The position numbers were made by a program, and so were the translations under genes. A stretch of 64,000 bases of DNA. It comes from Entomortierella parvispora E1425 (lineage: Eukaryota; Fungi; Mortierellomycota). Positions within the stretch are counted from its first letter, which is position 1. The number at the start of each line of letters is the position of its first letter. This document shows, in pieces, positions 34,887 through 47,170 of the stretch. The notes beneath the pieces were generated by a model. The model saw nothing but the letters and a program-made list of their open reading frames with translations, searched no databases and was not told where the DNA came from. The stretch lies in assembly GCA_020891255.1 (NCBI GenBank), contig BQFW01000007.1:372001-436000 (forward strand), written 5' to 3'.

Positions 34887-36392
34887 CTACTGCAACATCC
34901 AAGCCGACAGAGAGGTCGCCAGCAGCACAGAGCCAGTTAGTCCTCTCCATCTACCAGTTGTGCTCGCTCCGTTCTCCTTGGACTTGTCTTGGATCTGGTC
35001 TCTATCCGGCTGTTGAGCCAAGCCACGGCCAGGAGACCCAGCGTCCAACTTTGTACCGTTGTGATTCAACAAGACGGAGTTATCAGTGGTGTTCAGAGGA
35101 GGAGCCATTGCAATCAAGGAGCTATTGTTGTGAAGGATCTGCAAGAGCCTGGCTGGATTACTGCTCTCTCCCTGGTGTGTGGTGTTTGTCGTTGAGACCA
35201 AAGTCGAGTTTGTTTGATCCAGGGTCTGAAGGAATCGTGTCATCGTGGCTTTGTCCATTAGCTCATCCATCGGTTTCACAGACCCGTCTTCCATGGTCAC
35301 GGTCGAGTTGGTCAGGCTATAATCTTGGGCCTCGTTGAGAATCTGCAAGATCTGTTGTTCTTGCCTCCTTTGCACTGTTGCCTGATCAAGAACAATTCTG
35401 AGTTCGGTAGAGTAGCCCTCAGTTCCATTGTTGCTGTTGGCATCATTGGAGGACGTGAGGTTGTGTTCTTTCTCAAGAGTCTGATTCATCGAGGGCGTAA
35501 GTGTATTGTTGGTGGTGGCAGCCAGGTTTTTGTTGAGGGCATCCTTGTTCTGCTGCATGTAGCTGTTAGAACTGTCCAGAGGTGCATTCTCCCCCACCGG
35601 TGTATTGCCATCCTCGCTCTTAACTGCTTCATTGTCGCTTGCGGTTGTCGACGGCGGAGGCACGCTAGTGTCTTGACAACCCTGGCCGTCAACCAGGGGC
35701 TGAAGGTGCAAGGTCTCACGGTCCTCAAGTAAAATGCCGCAGCGTGTCCGGTGGCCAGTCGATTGATCTGTGCAAGGGTGCGTGGCATTGCCAAAGGCGC
35801 GAACAATGTAGTCACCAGGAGCCCAGTCGGAGGGTACAGCCCAGGACAGGTTCTTGACGCGATGGGCTATAATAAAAAGAAGCGTGAGTCTACAGATGGC
35901 GGCTTTCCAAATCTTCGGTACCCATATATAGCCAGAGCGTGTAGTACCGTTCAACTCTGCACGCGTGGCGTAGTCAACGGACTCGACTAAGACATCGCTG
36001 TTGGGTGCCAAGACTTGAAGCTGTACCCATTCGAGCATGGCCATGTCTGAGTATCGAACTCTGTAACCCAGATCGACGGAACACCCTAGAGAAGTAAAAA
36101 GGCAGAACCATTAAAATTGTTGGGCATGGATCTTTGGTCGAACTGTACCATATAAAGGTCTCTGGTGATAAGTCACATACCTGGATAAATGTCAGTGCTG
36201 TTGGGCTGTATCAAGAACACGCGGTCTATGTGCATAGGAAGTAGGAAGTGTATCAGTTTCCAGGACGATTTGTACAAGTCTTTTGGTGCCTTCCAAGAGA
36301 GAGAAAAGCAACTCACCAGCCTGGACAAGCCGCATTGCAGAGTACACGGCCAGGATAACAGCCGCAGTGGCAGAGTGCTTCTTTGAATACAT
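34887..36392 (-). CDS. Secreted, probably GPI-anchored protein (N-terminal beta-sandwich-like region, Ser/Thr/Asn-rich stalk)
   Basis: Signal peptide MYSKKHSATAAVILAVYSAMRLVQA; two short introns give G|DRVFLIQPNSTDIYP|GCSVDLGY..; WAVPSDWAPGDYIVRAFG; C-terminal NGAS..hydrophobic tail. Confidence 0.7.
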
Positions 36393-37262
36393 GGTTGCTA
36401 CAGAGTCGTGTTGTGAAAGCTAAAGCGAAAGTGAAAGAGAGCGCAAAATAGAAGCAAGCGAGATCTCAAAGTAAGCGAGTTGGAGAGGGCGGCAATGGTA
36501 AAGGAACATTGTCGAACTAGTAGCCTTTTATAAGGTCCCTTTCGTCCTGTTCCCAGTCTCATTCGTTGTTGCAATCAGTTCCTGTCCTTCCCCAAGGACC
36601 CTTTTAGACAATCTCATAACCAGAATCTCAATATGATTTTGGACGCGCCAGGCTGGCCCGCCTCTGTGCAGGTTACAAAACTGAAGTATTAGGCAGGCTT
36701 GTCCCAAAGCTGCGTTTGCGATCGTCGATTCGAATCGAGCTAGAATTGAATGTGGAAGTCTTGCAGCCGCGTTGTTGATGAACGGAAGGGTCCATGCCCC
36801 AAGGATAATGAATCCTCTACCACACCGATTGTTGTCAGGTTGTCTCGTGCTAAGCGGCCAAGACTAGCATCCAAACCAGCATAGAACAAGAGAGGGGGAC
36901 AGGAAGAGGAGGCGTTTTTGTCCCTTTCGAGCCAGGACTGGAATGGCAGCAGAGAGAGCCCAAAGCGAGACGATGCTCAGGCACCGAACACACGGGCCGG
37001 GACAGACAAAAGGGGACAAAAAGGAGGACAGCCAAAAGGAGCAAAACGAACGCGTGCGCGCCCCCCTTTTCACAGGAAGAGCGAGGGAATGCATCCCATG
37101 CCTCCATGTCTTGTCTCATCTCTTTCTCATTCCCCTCATCAACAATCTCCATCGAGCACCCACAAAACGGTTCGTCATTCACGCCGATTCCGATCTGTAT
37201 TCCGGCTTTCTCTGTCTGATGTTTCTGTTACGCCTGTCTGTTCTTTTTTATACCCGATAGTC

Positions 37263-40010
37263 ATGACGACGACTGTTGAGACGGCAACCCCGACGCGAGG
37301 TGGACTGGCGCCAGGAGAGCTTTCGCCTTCCTCAAACTCTGCGTTACCAGGGACGCCCACACCTGCGACGGTCTTGTCAGCGCACTCTCGAATTCAAAGG
37401 ACCCGCAGTGACCGTGGTTATGGCCGGGTCAAAGGCGGTAGCATCTGGTTCACACGCGTCTCGGTTTACGGGATGCTCGCGTTTATAGCTCTCTTCTCTG
37501 CCGATGTCGAGCATCTGTTCATGTACCATTATGACAGCCTTTCACCTCCTCCGCCCCGTACGAATCCCGCCTTTTCGAAGCCCCATTCATCCTTATACAC
37601 CACCACTTCGACACATCGATCTTTGACCGTCCTTGCTTACGACAGCGGTCATCATCGGTCAGGTCACGAACAAGAGTATATTCAAGAGCATGGTTACTAC
37701 AGTAACGATGCACGACAAAGACGGAAATGGTCCGCTCGTCTGCAGAGGACAAGAAGTAGCCTGAAGCAAGATCAAGAAGCGAGGCCAGAAGGGGAGTCGG
37801 AGAGAAGCCGACGCCAGCGGCGAGGACTGGGTCTCATGCCGTCCATCTTTTGTCATGCTATCCCTTCACTTGATGTCATGGACGACATTGCAAGGATGTT
37901 TGGCGGGGAGGAGCCCAAGACTGCCCCTGAAAAAGTGGTCAAGGTCGAGATTGATCCCAGGGTGGAAAAGATGCTACGATTAAGACGTGCCCTTCCAGGC
38001 TTCAATACCGCTAGCGACCACGACATGTCCAAAAATGACAAAGACGAGGATGAGCAAGGATTTGCTTACCTTGGCGAGTCAGAGAACATCCAGCAGCGAC
38101 AAGAGGAAGATGCATTCGTCAAGCGACGGTATTCCCAGGGAGTTTTGTCGGCAGGAGACTATTGCCTTTATGGCCAAAAGGCGCGCCATGTCTTTGGTTC
38201 CGACCTGGAGGACGCCCTAATCCCCAATCATACAATGTTCTAGCCTGGTGATCAGGCCAGCACAGGGGAACCGGCAAGATCACGATATCCTTCGATTGGC
38301 CAACTACCATTTTCTCGGCAGCGATTCTTTATGGTTGACATGAAGTTGGAAGAAGCCATAAGCGAAGTCACGACTGCGTCTTCTCGGTTGTCTGAGCGAG
38401 CTTTGGTCTTGCCTCCGTTCCTCCACTTTCAGAGATGTGTCAATAAGATACTCTGCCAGGGATCTCCGTTCTCAGAGACAACGCTTCGACCGTTTACGCA
38501 CCCTGATATTCATGAAGATGAGACTACAGTCAGCACAAGGAAGTTGCAGCCCAGGTTCACTGTACCTTTTGAACGGATCTATGGCATACCAAGGCTACGG
38601 GAATACATCGACGTTATCACCTTGGAAGATTGGGTTCAACAAATGATCCAACAACAAGAAAAGGATGCAGGAAGGCCCCGAGTGGACTTTACAACAGTCT
38701 CTGGTCCACAGTGGCTCAAGAACAGGCATCGATTTGATTTCTCGTCTGCATACCGCCAGGAGCTACTGGATCAGTTTTTTGAGCCTTCTGTCCTACCGTC
38801 AGCGGTACACAGGGCTAACCATAGGTACCTTCATCGAGATGAGCCATTCGCTGTCAACGCAAACCCTCGCCGATTTGATGGCCAGCCTGGGGTGCTCTAT
38901 GGTCACGATAAATCCCCGAATCGAAGTCTGAGCGGTACCAGAAGCTGGACAGTGAACAAGCTTCCGTTTACTGGATTCAAAGAGACATTTGGACCCCAGA
39001 ATAGTGCTGTAGCGTCAAAAGCAAGTCCTTCTTTTCCCGGAAGGGATAACTGCGTTTGAACAGCAGATGATGGTCTTTGAGTCCGCGTCGGCGCGTGCAG
39101 ATTTTGAACAGGTTTCGATGCACTGGGTTCGATACTCGGCCTAAACCCGTCGGGCGGCCGATGAATTGGTGAGGAACCTGGTTTTGAAGACTGGGGGTCG
39201 CAATTATTTCGCAGTCCATTACCGACGCGGCGAGGAATTCCTGAAAGCAAAGATCACAGAGACAATGTCTACCGATATGGGCTGGTGCCGAAGGGGACAG
39301 GGAACCAGGAACCCAAATCGCCCAATGATGAGAGTCGCCAGGTTTCTTATGGAAGATAGGACGGTTGCCAAGTTTTGACGTCGATGATTTACTCGAGGAT
39401 GGTCAGGATATCGGTGAAACTGACGAGCGGGTTCAAGAACAAACCAAGACCATCTTTGGATTGCAAGGGTCTCCAGCCTATCGTTTATAGGAACCCGAGA
39501 GCGGAGCTTTTACCTGGCAACGGCCAAGCGCGATGTAGCCGTTCTTTAACAATTCGAGATCAAGGGGCCATTGTGCTTGCAGATATGATGGATGATCCAG
39601 TCCTTTTAAAGGAGAACCTGAGTTGGATGGGTTTTTCAGACTGGTTGGCGTATCTGGACCAAGAGATATGTGTCAAGGCGCGTCAGTTCTGGGGATCACC
39701 CATGTCAGTGTTCTCGGGCAGCATCATCAACCAGCAGATTGGCGAGGAGCGACGCAAGCGGGGGCGCAAACAGCCGATGCAGCAAGGAGGAGAACAGCAG
39801 CAGCAGCAAGAAGTCGAACGGCAACGTAGTCAACGGGTGGTTGTACAGACCACTGCCCATGCACCTGCGGTACACTGGTGCACATCGAAATCAAGTCAAG
39901 CTGAGTCGAGGTGCAAGCTGAGTCGGGGTCAGTCACAGCCAAGCCACCGTCCGGCTGGGAGGGGCGAAAAACAAAATAAAAAAAGAGGTCCCACTGCCTG
40001 CACTTTTTAG
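37263..40010 (+). pseudogene. Type II membrane O-fucosyltransferase-like (GT-B) glycosyltransferase, disrupted
   Basis: Single N-terminal TM; motifs FAVHYRRGE and YLDQEICVKARQFWGSPMSVFSGSI. In-frame stops at 38241 and 39142; frameshifts near 39045 and 39375. Confidence 0.65.
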
Positions 40011-40183
40011 CTTTCATTCACTTGCCATTCATTTCGTTCCTGTTTCCTTTTGTTCTTTTTGTTCCTTTGCATCCCATCCATCCCATCCATCTCCATACCC
40101 TTCTACTTCATTCATTTACTCATTTCCCACTGTTGAACTTCTCTCTTTTAGTCTTGCCTACTCACAACTCACACCATTACATC

Positions 40184-42725
40184 ATGGCGCTGTCATTTCC
40201 CCTGAACAACGCCCCTTTCGGCCTCTTGGCTCTTGCTAATGCCCTGAAGGCCCCTTCTTCGACCTTGGCCCTGAGCCCCGTCCCCGTCGAGACCTCGACC
40301 GCTACCACCCTCGTCACCAAGGACTCTGTCAAGGCTGTCAAGATCACCGGCGTCGTCCCTATCGCTCGTTTCCTTGTCCGTGCCCACGACAGCTCAAACA
40401 CCTTCTACCCCGAGTCTTCAGACGTCGCCAACTACACAGCCCAGGATCAGCTCTTGGATATCGTCCGCCAGACCATCGCCACCCCCAAGCATCTTACCAC
40501 TCTCGCCACCGCTGCTGATAAGGCTCTTGCCGCCACAGGATCTTTCTTGTTGTCAAAAGAGCAGCCTCAGTTGTGCGACTATGCTGTTTGGGGAATGATC
40601 ACCGCCTACACCAAGAGCCACTCGTTGTTGTCCAACTTGAAGGATCTGGAGAAGTTTATGGCCTGGATGGCCCGCATGGATGAGCGCGCAGAGTGCAAGG
40701 AGGCTATTTCGACCATGGACAAGGCTTTGGAGGAGGCCAAGGAGACATTGGCCAAGGAGGCTGCTGCCGCCGCCGCTGAGCGCGCTCTCTCTAGCGCTGT
40801 GATCGAGGTCCCCACGATCGAGGGCTCTGATCCCGTGGTGGATCCCCTGGACGAGTTCAAGAACGTGATGGCGTTCCAACTGAGCAAGTTGGTCGATGTT
40901 GATATCAAGATCTTGTACGATGCTTTGGAGGCTCCCCGTGCTGCGGAGAACGGCCATATTGCTCTTTCAGTACCTCGTCTTCGTTTGAAGGGCAAGGACC
41001 CAATTGCTGTTGCCGCCGAGATTGTTGACAAGGTATGGAATTGGAGACCGGAGCCGAATAGACTTTTTGGGATTGATTTCCATAAGTATTTCAAGGCAAA
41101 AACTGACTTTTTTAATATTGGCTTTTGATAGTTCCCTGTCAGCGACTATGTTACCTTGGCCAAGGCCGATGGTCCCTTTGTCAACTTCTTCTTGAACCAC
41201 GTCAAGCTTGCTCAGTCTTTGTTCAAGCGCATCTACGAGACCAAGGAGCGTTGGGGAGGCAACAACACTGGAGCAGGAAAGAAGGTCATTGTCGAGTTCT
41301 CCTCGCCCAACATTGCCAAGCCCTTCCACGCTGGTCACTTGCGCTCCACCATTATCGGATCCTTTGTCCGCAACATCTTGGACGCTAACGGTTACGACAC
41401 CACCTCAATGAACTACCTCGGAGATTGGGGCAAGCAGTACGGTCTCTTGGCTATTGGTTTCGAGCGTTACGGATCTGAGGAGAAGTTGTTGGCTGACCCC
41501 ATCAAGCACTTGTTTGATGTCTATGTCCAGATCAACGTAAGTGCATGGAAGGTTATTATAAGAGTTTTCTTATTTTACTTGACGATTCCTTTAGTAACGA
41601 TCTCTCTTTATTTATTTCCAGGTCGATGCCAAGGAGAACGAGGCTGTCCACGACGAGGCTCGTGCCTACTTCAAGAAGATGGAGGATGGTGATGAGGCTG
41701 CTCTCAAGAACTGGTCTCGTTTCCGTAATTTGTCTATTGTCAAGTACAAGGATATCTATGCTCGTCTCAACATTGCCTTTGATGTCTACTCGGGCGAGTC
41801 CCAGGTCACGGATGGAATGGAGCGTGCCCTCAAGTTGTTGCACGAGAAGAAGTTGTTGACCGAGTCGGACGGTGCCTTGATTGTCGATCTCACAAAGTAC
41901 AAGTTGGGCATCTGTGTTGTCCAGAAGAAGGATGGAACCACTCTTTACATCACCCGTGATATCGGAGCTGCCTTGGAGCGTTATGAGAAGTACGGATTCG
42001 AGCACATGTACTACATTGTCGCCTCGCAGCAGGATCTTCACTTGAAGCAGTTGTTCAAGATTCTGGAGTTGTTGGGCTTTGACTGGGCGAAGAAGGTTAC
42101 TCACTTGAACTTTGGCATGGTCGGAGGTATGTCGACCCGTAAGGGAACTGTTGTCTTCTTGGAGGACATCCTGGAGGAGACCCGCGATTCTATGCACGAG
42201 GTCATGAAGAAGAACGAGCACAAGTACGCACAGATCGAGAACCCTCTCGAGGTAGCAGACAACATTGGAATTGCTGCCATCATGATTCAGGATGCCTCGG
42301 CCCGTCGTGTCAAGAACTACGACTTTGACTGGAAGCGCATGTTCTCCTTCGAGGGTGACACTGGCCCATACCTCCAGTACGCCCACGCCCGTCTGTGCTC
42401 GATCGAGCGCAAGACCGAGATGGAGGTGAACCCCAACGCCGACTTGACCGCTTTGGATGACGAGCGGGCATGTGCCGATTTGATCACCATGATTGCTCGT
42501 TACCCCCAGATTGTCCGCGAGACTACCCGCTCATTCGAGCCCGTCAACATTGTCGGCTACGCCATGAAGTTGTCCCATAACGTCTCCCAGGCTCTCGAGA
42601 CGATGTACGTCATGGGTGCTGAGAAGAACAAGGCCGAGGCTCGTCTCTTCATGTACTGGAGTGCTCGTATTACCTTGGGCAATGCCATGCGCCTCTTGAA
42701 CTTGAAGCCCCAGGAGCGTATGTAA
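40184..42725 (+). CDS. RRS1: Cytosolic arginyl-tRNA synthetase with an N-terminal GST-like extension (3 exons)
   Basis: Exons 40184-41032, 41132-41536, 41622-42725. Motifs VEFSSPNIAKPFHAGHLRSTIIG, NYLGDWGKQYG, GMSTRKG, GDTGPYLQYAHARLCSI, terminal ERM*. Confidence 0.97.
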
Positions 42726-43092
42726 AGAGTCGTTGGTCGTCTACAAATGAAAACAAAAGAAATCCCAAATCAAATAAAAAAAAGTGTATTTTCATTCTCT
42801 TTTTATTCATTGTCCATGCAGCGTCAAAGACGACTAGCATATTTTATATTTGAATCATGTTCATGGTTCTATCAATCAATGAAAAATGCAATTGAGGGAT
42901 CTGAAAGAGCTAAGGGGGTGGAAAGAATGATTTGTTTTTATTTTTGATCTAGAATACACGGAGGGGGGGAAGCAAGTAGCTTTTTTGTCTTCTTTTTTGG
43001 GAAGGAAGGATGGGTGGTATGACGAGAAAATACAATGGGGGAGAGAGAACAGCAAAAAATACCAGAGAGTGGATGGACACTTTTTTCCCTGT

Positions 43093-44582
43093 TTAAACTG
43101 CCGATGCGTGGAGGGCGTTGATCTCACTCTGGGTCAGGGGTGGGACTGAAGCGGACGATGTACCAGAAGAGGAAGCTTCCCCTGCAGCAGTCGATTCAGC
43201 AGCCGCCATGGCCTCTGAAGAGGACGCCGCAGCAGCAATGATGATCATCTCGGCCCTCTTGGCCCTCAAGAACTCCACGCCCGAATGCAACATGATGACC
43301 GCTCCCATGAAGAGCATGACGTATGATAGCCAGATATATTCCTGAACACTCTTGACCGACTCTCCTGTGTTACCCATGTATCCCGTATCCGAGTCTTCTT
43401 CAGGACTGACGTCCGATCCAGGCGCCTTTCCAGACATCATCTGCGTGCCCATAGAGATAAAAGTAATGCCCAATCCCATCTTGGATCCGCTCCTGGTGGC
43501 ATGCGATGTGTGTAGCAAATACGTCAAGAAGAATCCCACAAACTGGAAGCTCATCGAGACTGTAGGACAAGCACGGCACACAAAAGACAAGCGAGAAGGA
43601 AAAAAAGGCAACAAAGTCAGTTTTCTATGCACAATCTAGACATCCAGACAGCAATTAATTCTTTTTTTTACTTCGTCGAGCACTTACTGATCATGTTCCA
43701 GGCAAATCCGTAGAAGCCTCCCACGGGCAGACCATCCACCAAGATCTCGTCGTCGCCGTAGGGGGAGGGTGCAGTGGCCTCGTAGTAGGCAGGCGACTGG
43801 TCCAACGCAGCTGCTTTGTAGGGCTGTATCGATCACAATTAAATATAAGAAGGGAGAGAGAGAGAGACAGAGAGAGTCAGGACAGCGGCCACGTATACCC
43901 CGGAGACAAGGTTCTCCCCGGATAAGGAAATGTCTCATAGAAGCGGTGGAAATTCATAGAGAAAAAATTGCTTACCGGCGGCAGTTCTTCCTGATGAGGC
44001 CTTTCGACTCTAGGCCTGGCAGACAGATTCGAAAAGACTCCGTCCATGGTGGATTGAATCACCCTGCGAGCACCAGCCGCCACTGGAAAGTGAGGTGGCC
44101 GAAAGTTGGACAGCTGGGTGCGAAGTTGCTGCTGTGTAGTTTGCGGGGCCGCCTCAGTCGGTTGCGGAGTAACGTTGTCGTCCTGTGCTACAGTGATTTC
44201 AGAGTGGCTCTGGCGGCCCATGGGGCGCAACATCATATCGTTTTCGTTGGTCACCTCATCGTCGTCGTCGTCGTGGTCTCTGTCGTCGAGTGCATCCTCT
44301 GCATTCACTCGAGCATAGCTACCACTGCTGCCTCCATGACTGTTGCTTAATGAAGAAGGGATTCTGGAAAGAGTAGACAAAGGACCAGACGAGGAAGAGG
44401 AGGCACCCTCTTGAGCCTCTGATAAAGGAATCTATTGTAAGAAGGCGGATAAATAACGGCTGTCAGTGTTGAGGAACTACAGCGAAAAGGGGGAGCAGGG
44501 GTAGAGCAGGAGGGTGCCCGAGAAAGAAAGAAAAAAAGACGCATTCATTCATTACCTGGGCGTAAGAATGGTTGCGGCTCAT
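43093..44582 (-). CDS. BSD2: BSD2/NDFIP-type Rsp5 adaptor membrane protein (DUF2370), multi-exon
   Basis: DGVFSNLSARP, PY motifs, ILVDGLPVG..FAWNMI, SFQFVGFFLTYLLHTSHA..GSKMGLGITF, three TMs. Confidence 0.88.
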
Positions 44583-45000
44583 GGCGGAGCAAATGGACAA
44601 AAGTTGAAAGGATGCAGTCGTTGAGGAATGGATATATGAGGGTAGAGTAAAGTGTGATGTGCGTTGTGTGCGGAAAGAAAAGAGGGAGAGAGAGAAATGT
44701 GTGTGTGTTGCGTAGAGATGAACGAAGGTGAATGAGGGAAAGTGGTGGTGTGGTTGAAAGAAACAGCCAGCGCATGTCATACAACCTCGAACGGGCAGGC
44801 AAGGTCGGGCCAAAAATAAAACACCCCTTAAGCAGTGCATATTTCACTGGGCAAGAATGACCCCCATATCCAGGTAGCTGGAGTGAACCAAGGCGTCGCG
44901 TAATATCGTTTTCTTTATTGTTAGTCAACGCTCCCATGCTCACGCCATTGGCTTCGACTTGAGCCAGGGCATCGGCTCTTCTGTTCCTGACCAGACTCTT

Positions 45001-46770
45001 CTACAAGTACAGTCCCTCGGGAGTGCCCTCGTTCTTCCTGTACAGGACCTTTTCCTTGGCCTTCTTAAAGTCATCTGCCTTGACCTTCATCCGGCGCTCA
45101 CGGAGGGCCAAAAGTCCAGCCTCTGTGCATACGGCCTTAATATCAGCTCCAGACAACTCATCCTTGGACATGACAAACTCTTCCAAGTCTACATCATCGG
45201 CCAATTGCATGCGTCCTGTATGAATGTTGAAGATACGGCGCTTCGTCTTCACGTCTGGCATTGGGAACTCAATCTTTCGATCAATACGACCAGGTCGAAT
45301 CAATGCTGGATCCAGTGACTCAATCTGGTTTGTGGCCATGATGACCTTGACATCTCCACGGGAATCGAATCCGTCCAACTGGTTCAAAAGTTCCAACATA
45401 GTTCTTTGAATCTCACGCTCTCCGCCAGAGTTTGAATCGTATCTATTGGGCCAAAACAGAAAGAGTTAGCAAACTAGGTCCATAATAGTCATCTTCTCCG
45501 GATATGGTCGCATCAGCCACACTTACCTCTTAGTTCCGATAGCGTCGATTTCGTCAATGAAGACGATCGAGGGGGCATTCTCTTCTGCAACTCGGAACAA
45601 TTCTCTGACCAGCTTGGGACCATCTCCCAGATACTTTTGAATGAGCTCAGAACCGACCACGCGCAAGAAGGTAGCCGAAGTTTGGTTGGCAACAGCCTTG
45701 GCAAGAAGCGTCTTGCCTGTTCCGGGAACACCATACAAGATCACTCCCTTGGGGGGTTTTACTCCCATATCCTCGTACAACTCTGGGTGAGTCAGGGGCA
45801 GCTCCACGGCTTCCTTGATTTCCTGAATTTGCTGCTCCAAACCACCGATATCTGCATAGGACTCTGTTGGTGCCTTTTCCAACTTCATGACGCTCACCAT
45901 AGGATCGGCATCGTCTGCGAGGACTCCAATGACGGACATAGTCTGCAATGACATGAAATCAGACGTTAGCCATCCGTGTTCAGTAACACGATCCCTGTAC
46001 AATCATGGCTTATTTTTACCTTGTGGTGCAACAATACTGCACATCCAGGCTCCAAGAGGTCCTTGTCCACAAATGAAAGAATGCTGACATAGTACTCAGG
46101 TCCGTTGCTGGTAGAAATGATAGCATGGTCATCGTCGATAATCTCCTCCAGAGTGCCCACGCTCATGGGGGTTCCACGAAGATCATCAACCTTGGATCGC
46201 TCCTCCAAAGTCTTTTCCTCTTGAGGTTTGAGGCGCTCCTGGTTCACAACAAATTCTTCCTCCATGAGCAAATAATCCTTGATGCGCTCCATCTTGAGCA
46301 TCTTCAGGCGACAACGTGTGGTAGGGAAGACTAGTTTGATTTGAATCAGATCGAAAAAAGTTAGGGTGGCTGTTGGTCTCAAGAAACTCTCGCGGTTCAA
46401 ACGACCCATCCTGCATACCTGCTGGCAACTTTGAGGATGCGTCAGGTCCCTTTCTCATCTTCTTCTTTCCAACACGGGTAGGCAGTGGGGGCTCCCACTT
46501 CTTCTTTGGCTCCTTCTCCTACAAGAGGGAAAATGAACAAAAAGGTCATGTCAGTCGCTTTCCAGAAAAGAATGCTACATCTCCTTGTTGTCCTAGAGTC
46601 CAGTGTCCCCATCAGAGTCGAATCAGCCACATACATCCTTCTTCTGGTTCTTGCCAGCGTTTGGTGGCTGTGATTGTTGGTTACCCTACATGGCAACAAA
46701 AGAAAAGTGCATTAGTAACGGCCTCCCAGGCAAGGGTTTAATCAGGTGGACGGTCGCCGGCTGTTACCAT
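45001..46770 (-). CDS. RPT2: 26S proteasome AAA-ATPase subunit 4 (multi-exon; exon 1 is ATG only)
   Basis: [60 protein letters not shown], terminal TPEGLYL*. Confidence 0.97.
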
Positions 46771-47170
46771 GGTTCGAGTTGTTTAGTATAGATGTCGAGT
46801 CAAGTGAGAAGGTATCGAGGTGATGGAGGGGGAGGGTGTAAAGTGTTGATGGCGAAGAGGAGAATGACATGCGCTCGCTGCAATGAAACGACGACGCGGC
46901 AATGGCGCGTTGCCGCAAAAAGCGGCGAGTGATGACGTAGGCACGAATGAGTCACGTGCTTCAACGGGCATCATGTGACACGGATCTGCGAAATTGGTGG
47001 CAAGGAAGAACGGAGATTCTCTTTGTCAGACGCAGCCACGCTCCGCTCGGTTCACCGCTCTTGGGTCCCGCAGTCTGTCGTGTTCCGCTCATCTCTTATG
47101 GGCTCCATCTCGCCCTCTCCCCCCTCATTCTTCCCCATTCTCCTCCTCCATAACCCTCATTCTCACCTCC

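Noticed and set aside
36725-36738. Perfect 14-bp palindrome TCGATTCGAATCGA in a divergent promoter
   Set aside because: About four such palindromes are expected by chance in 64 kb (4^-7 per position).
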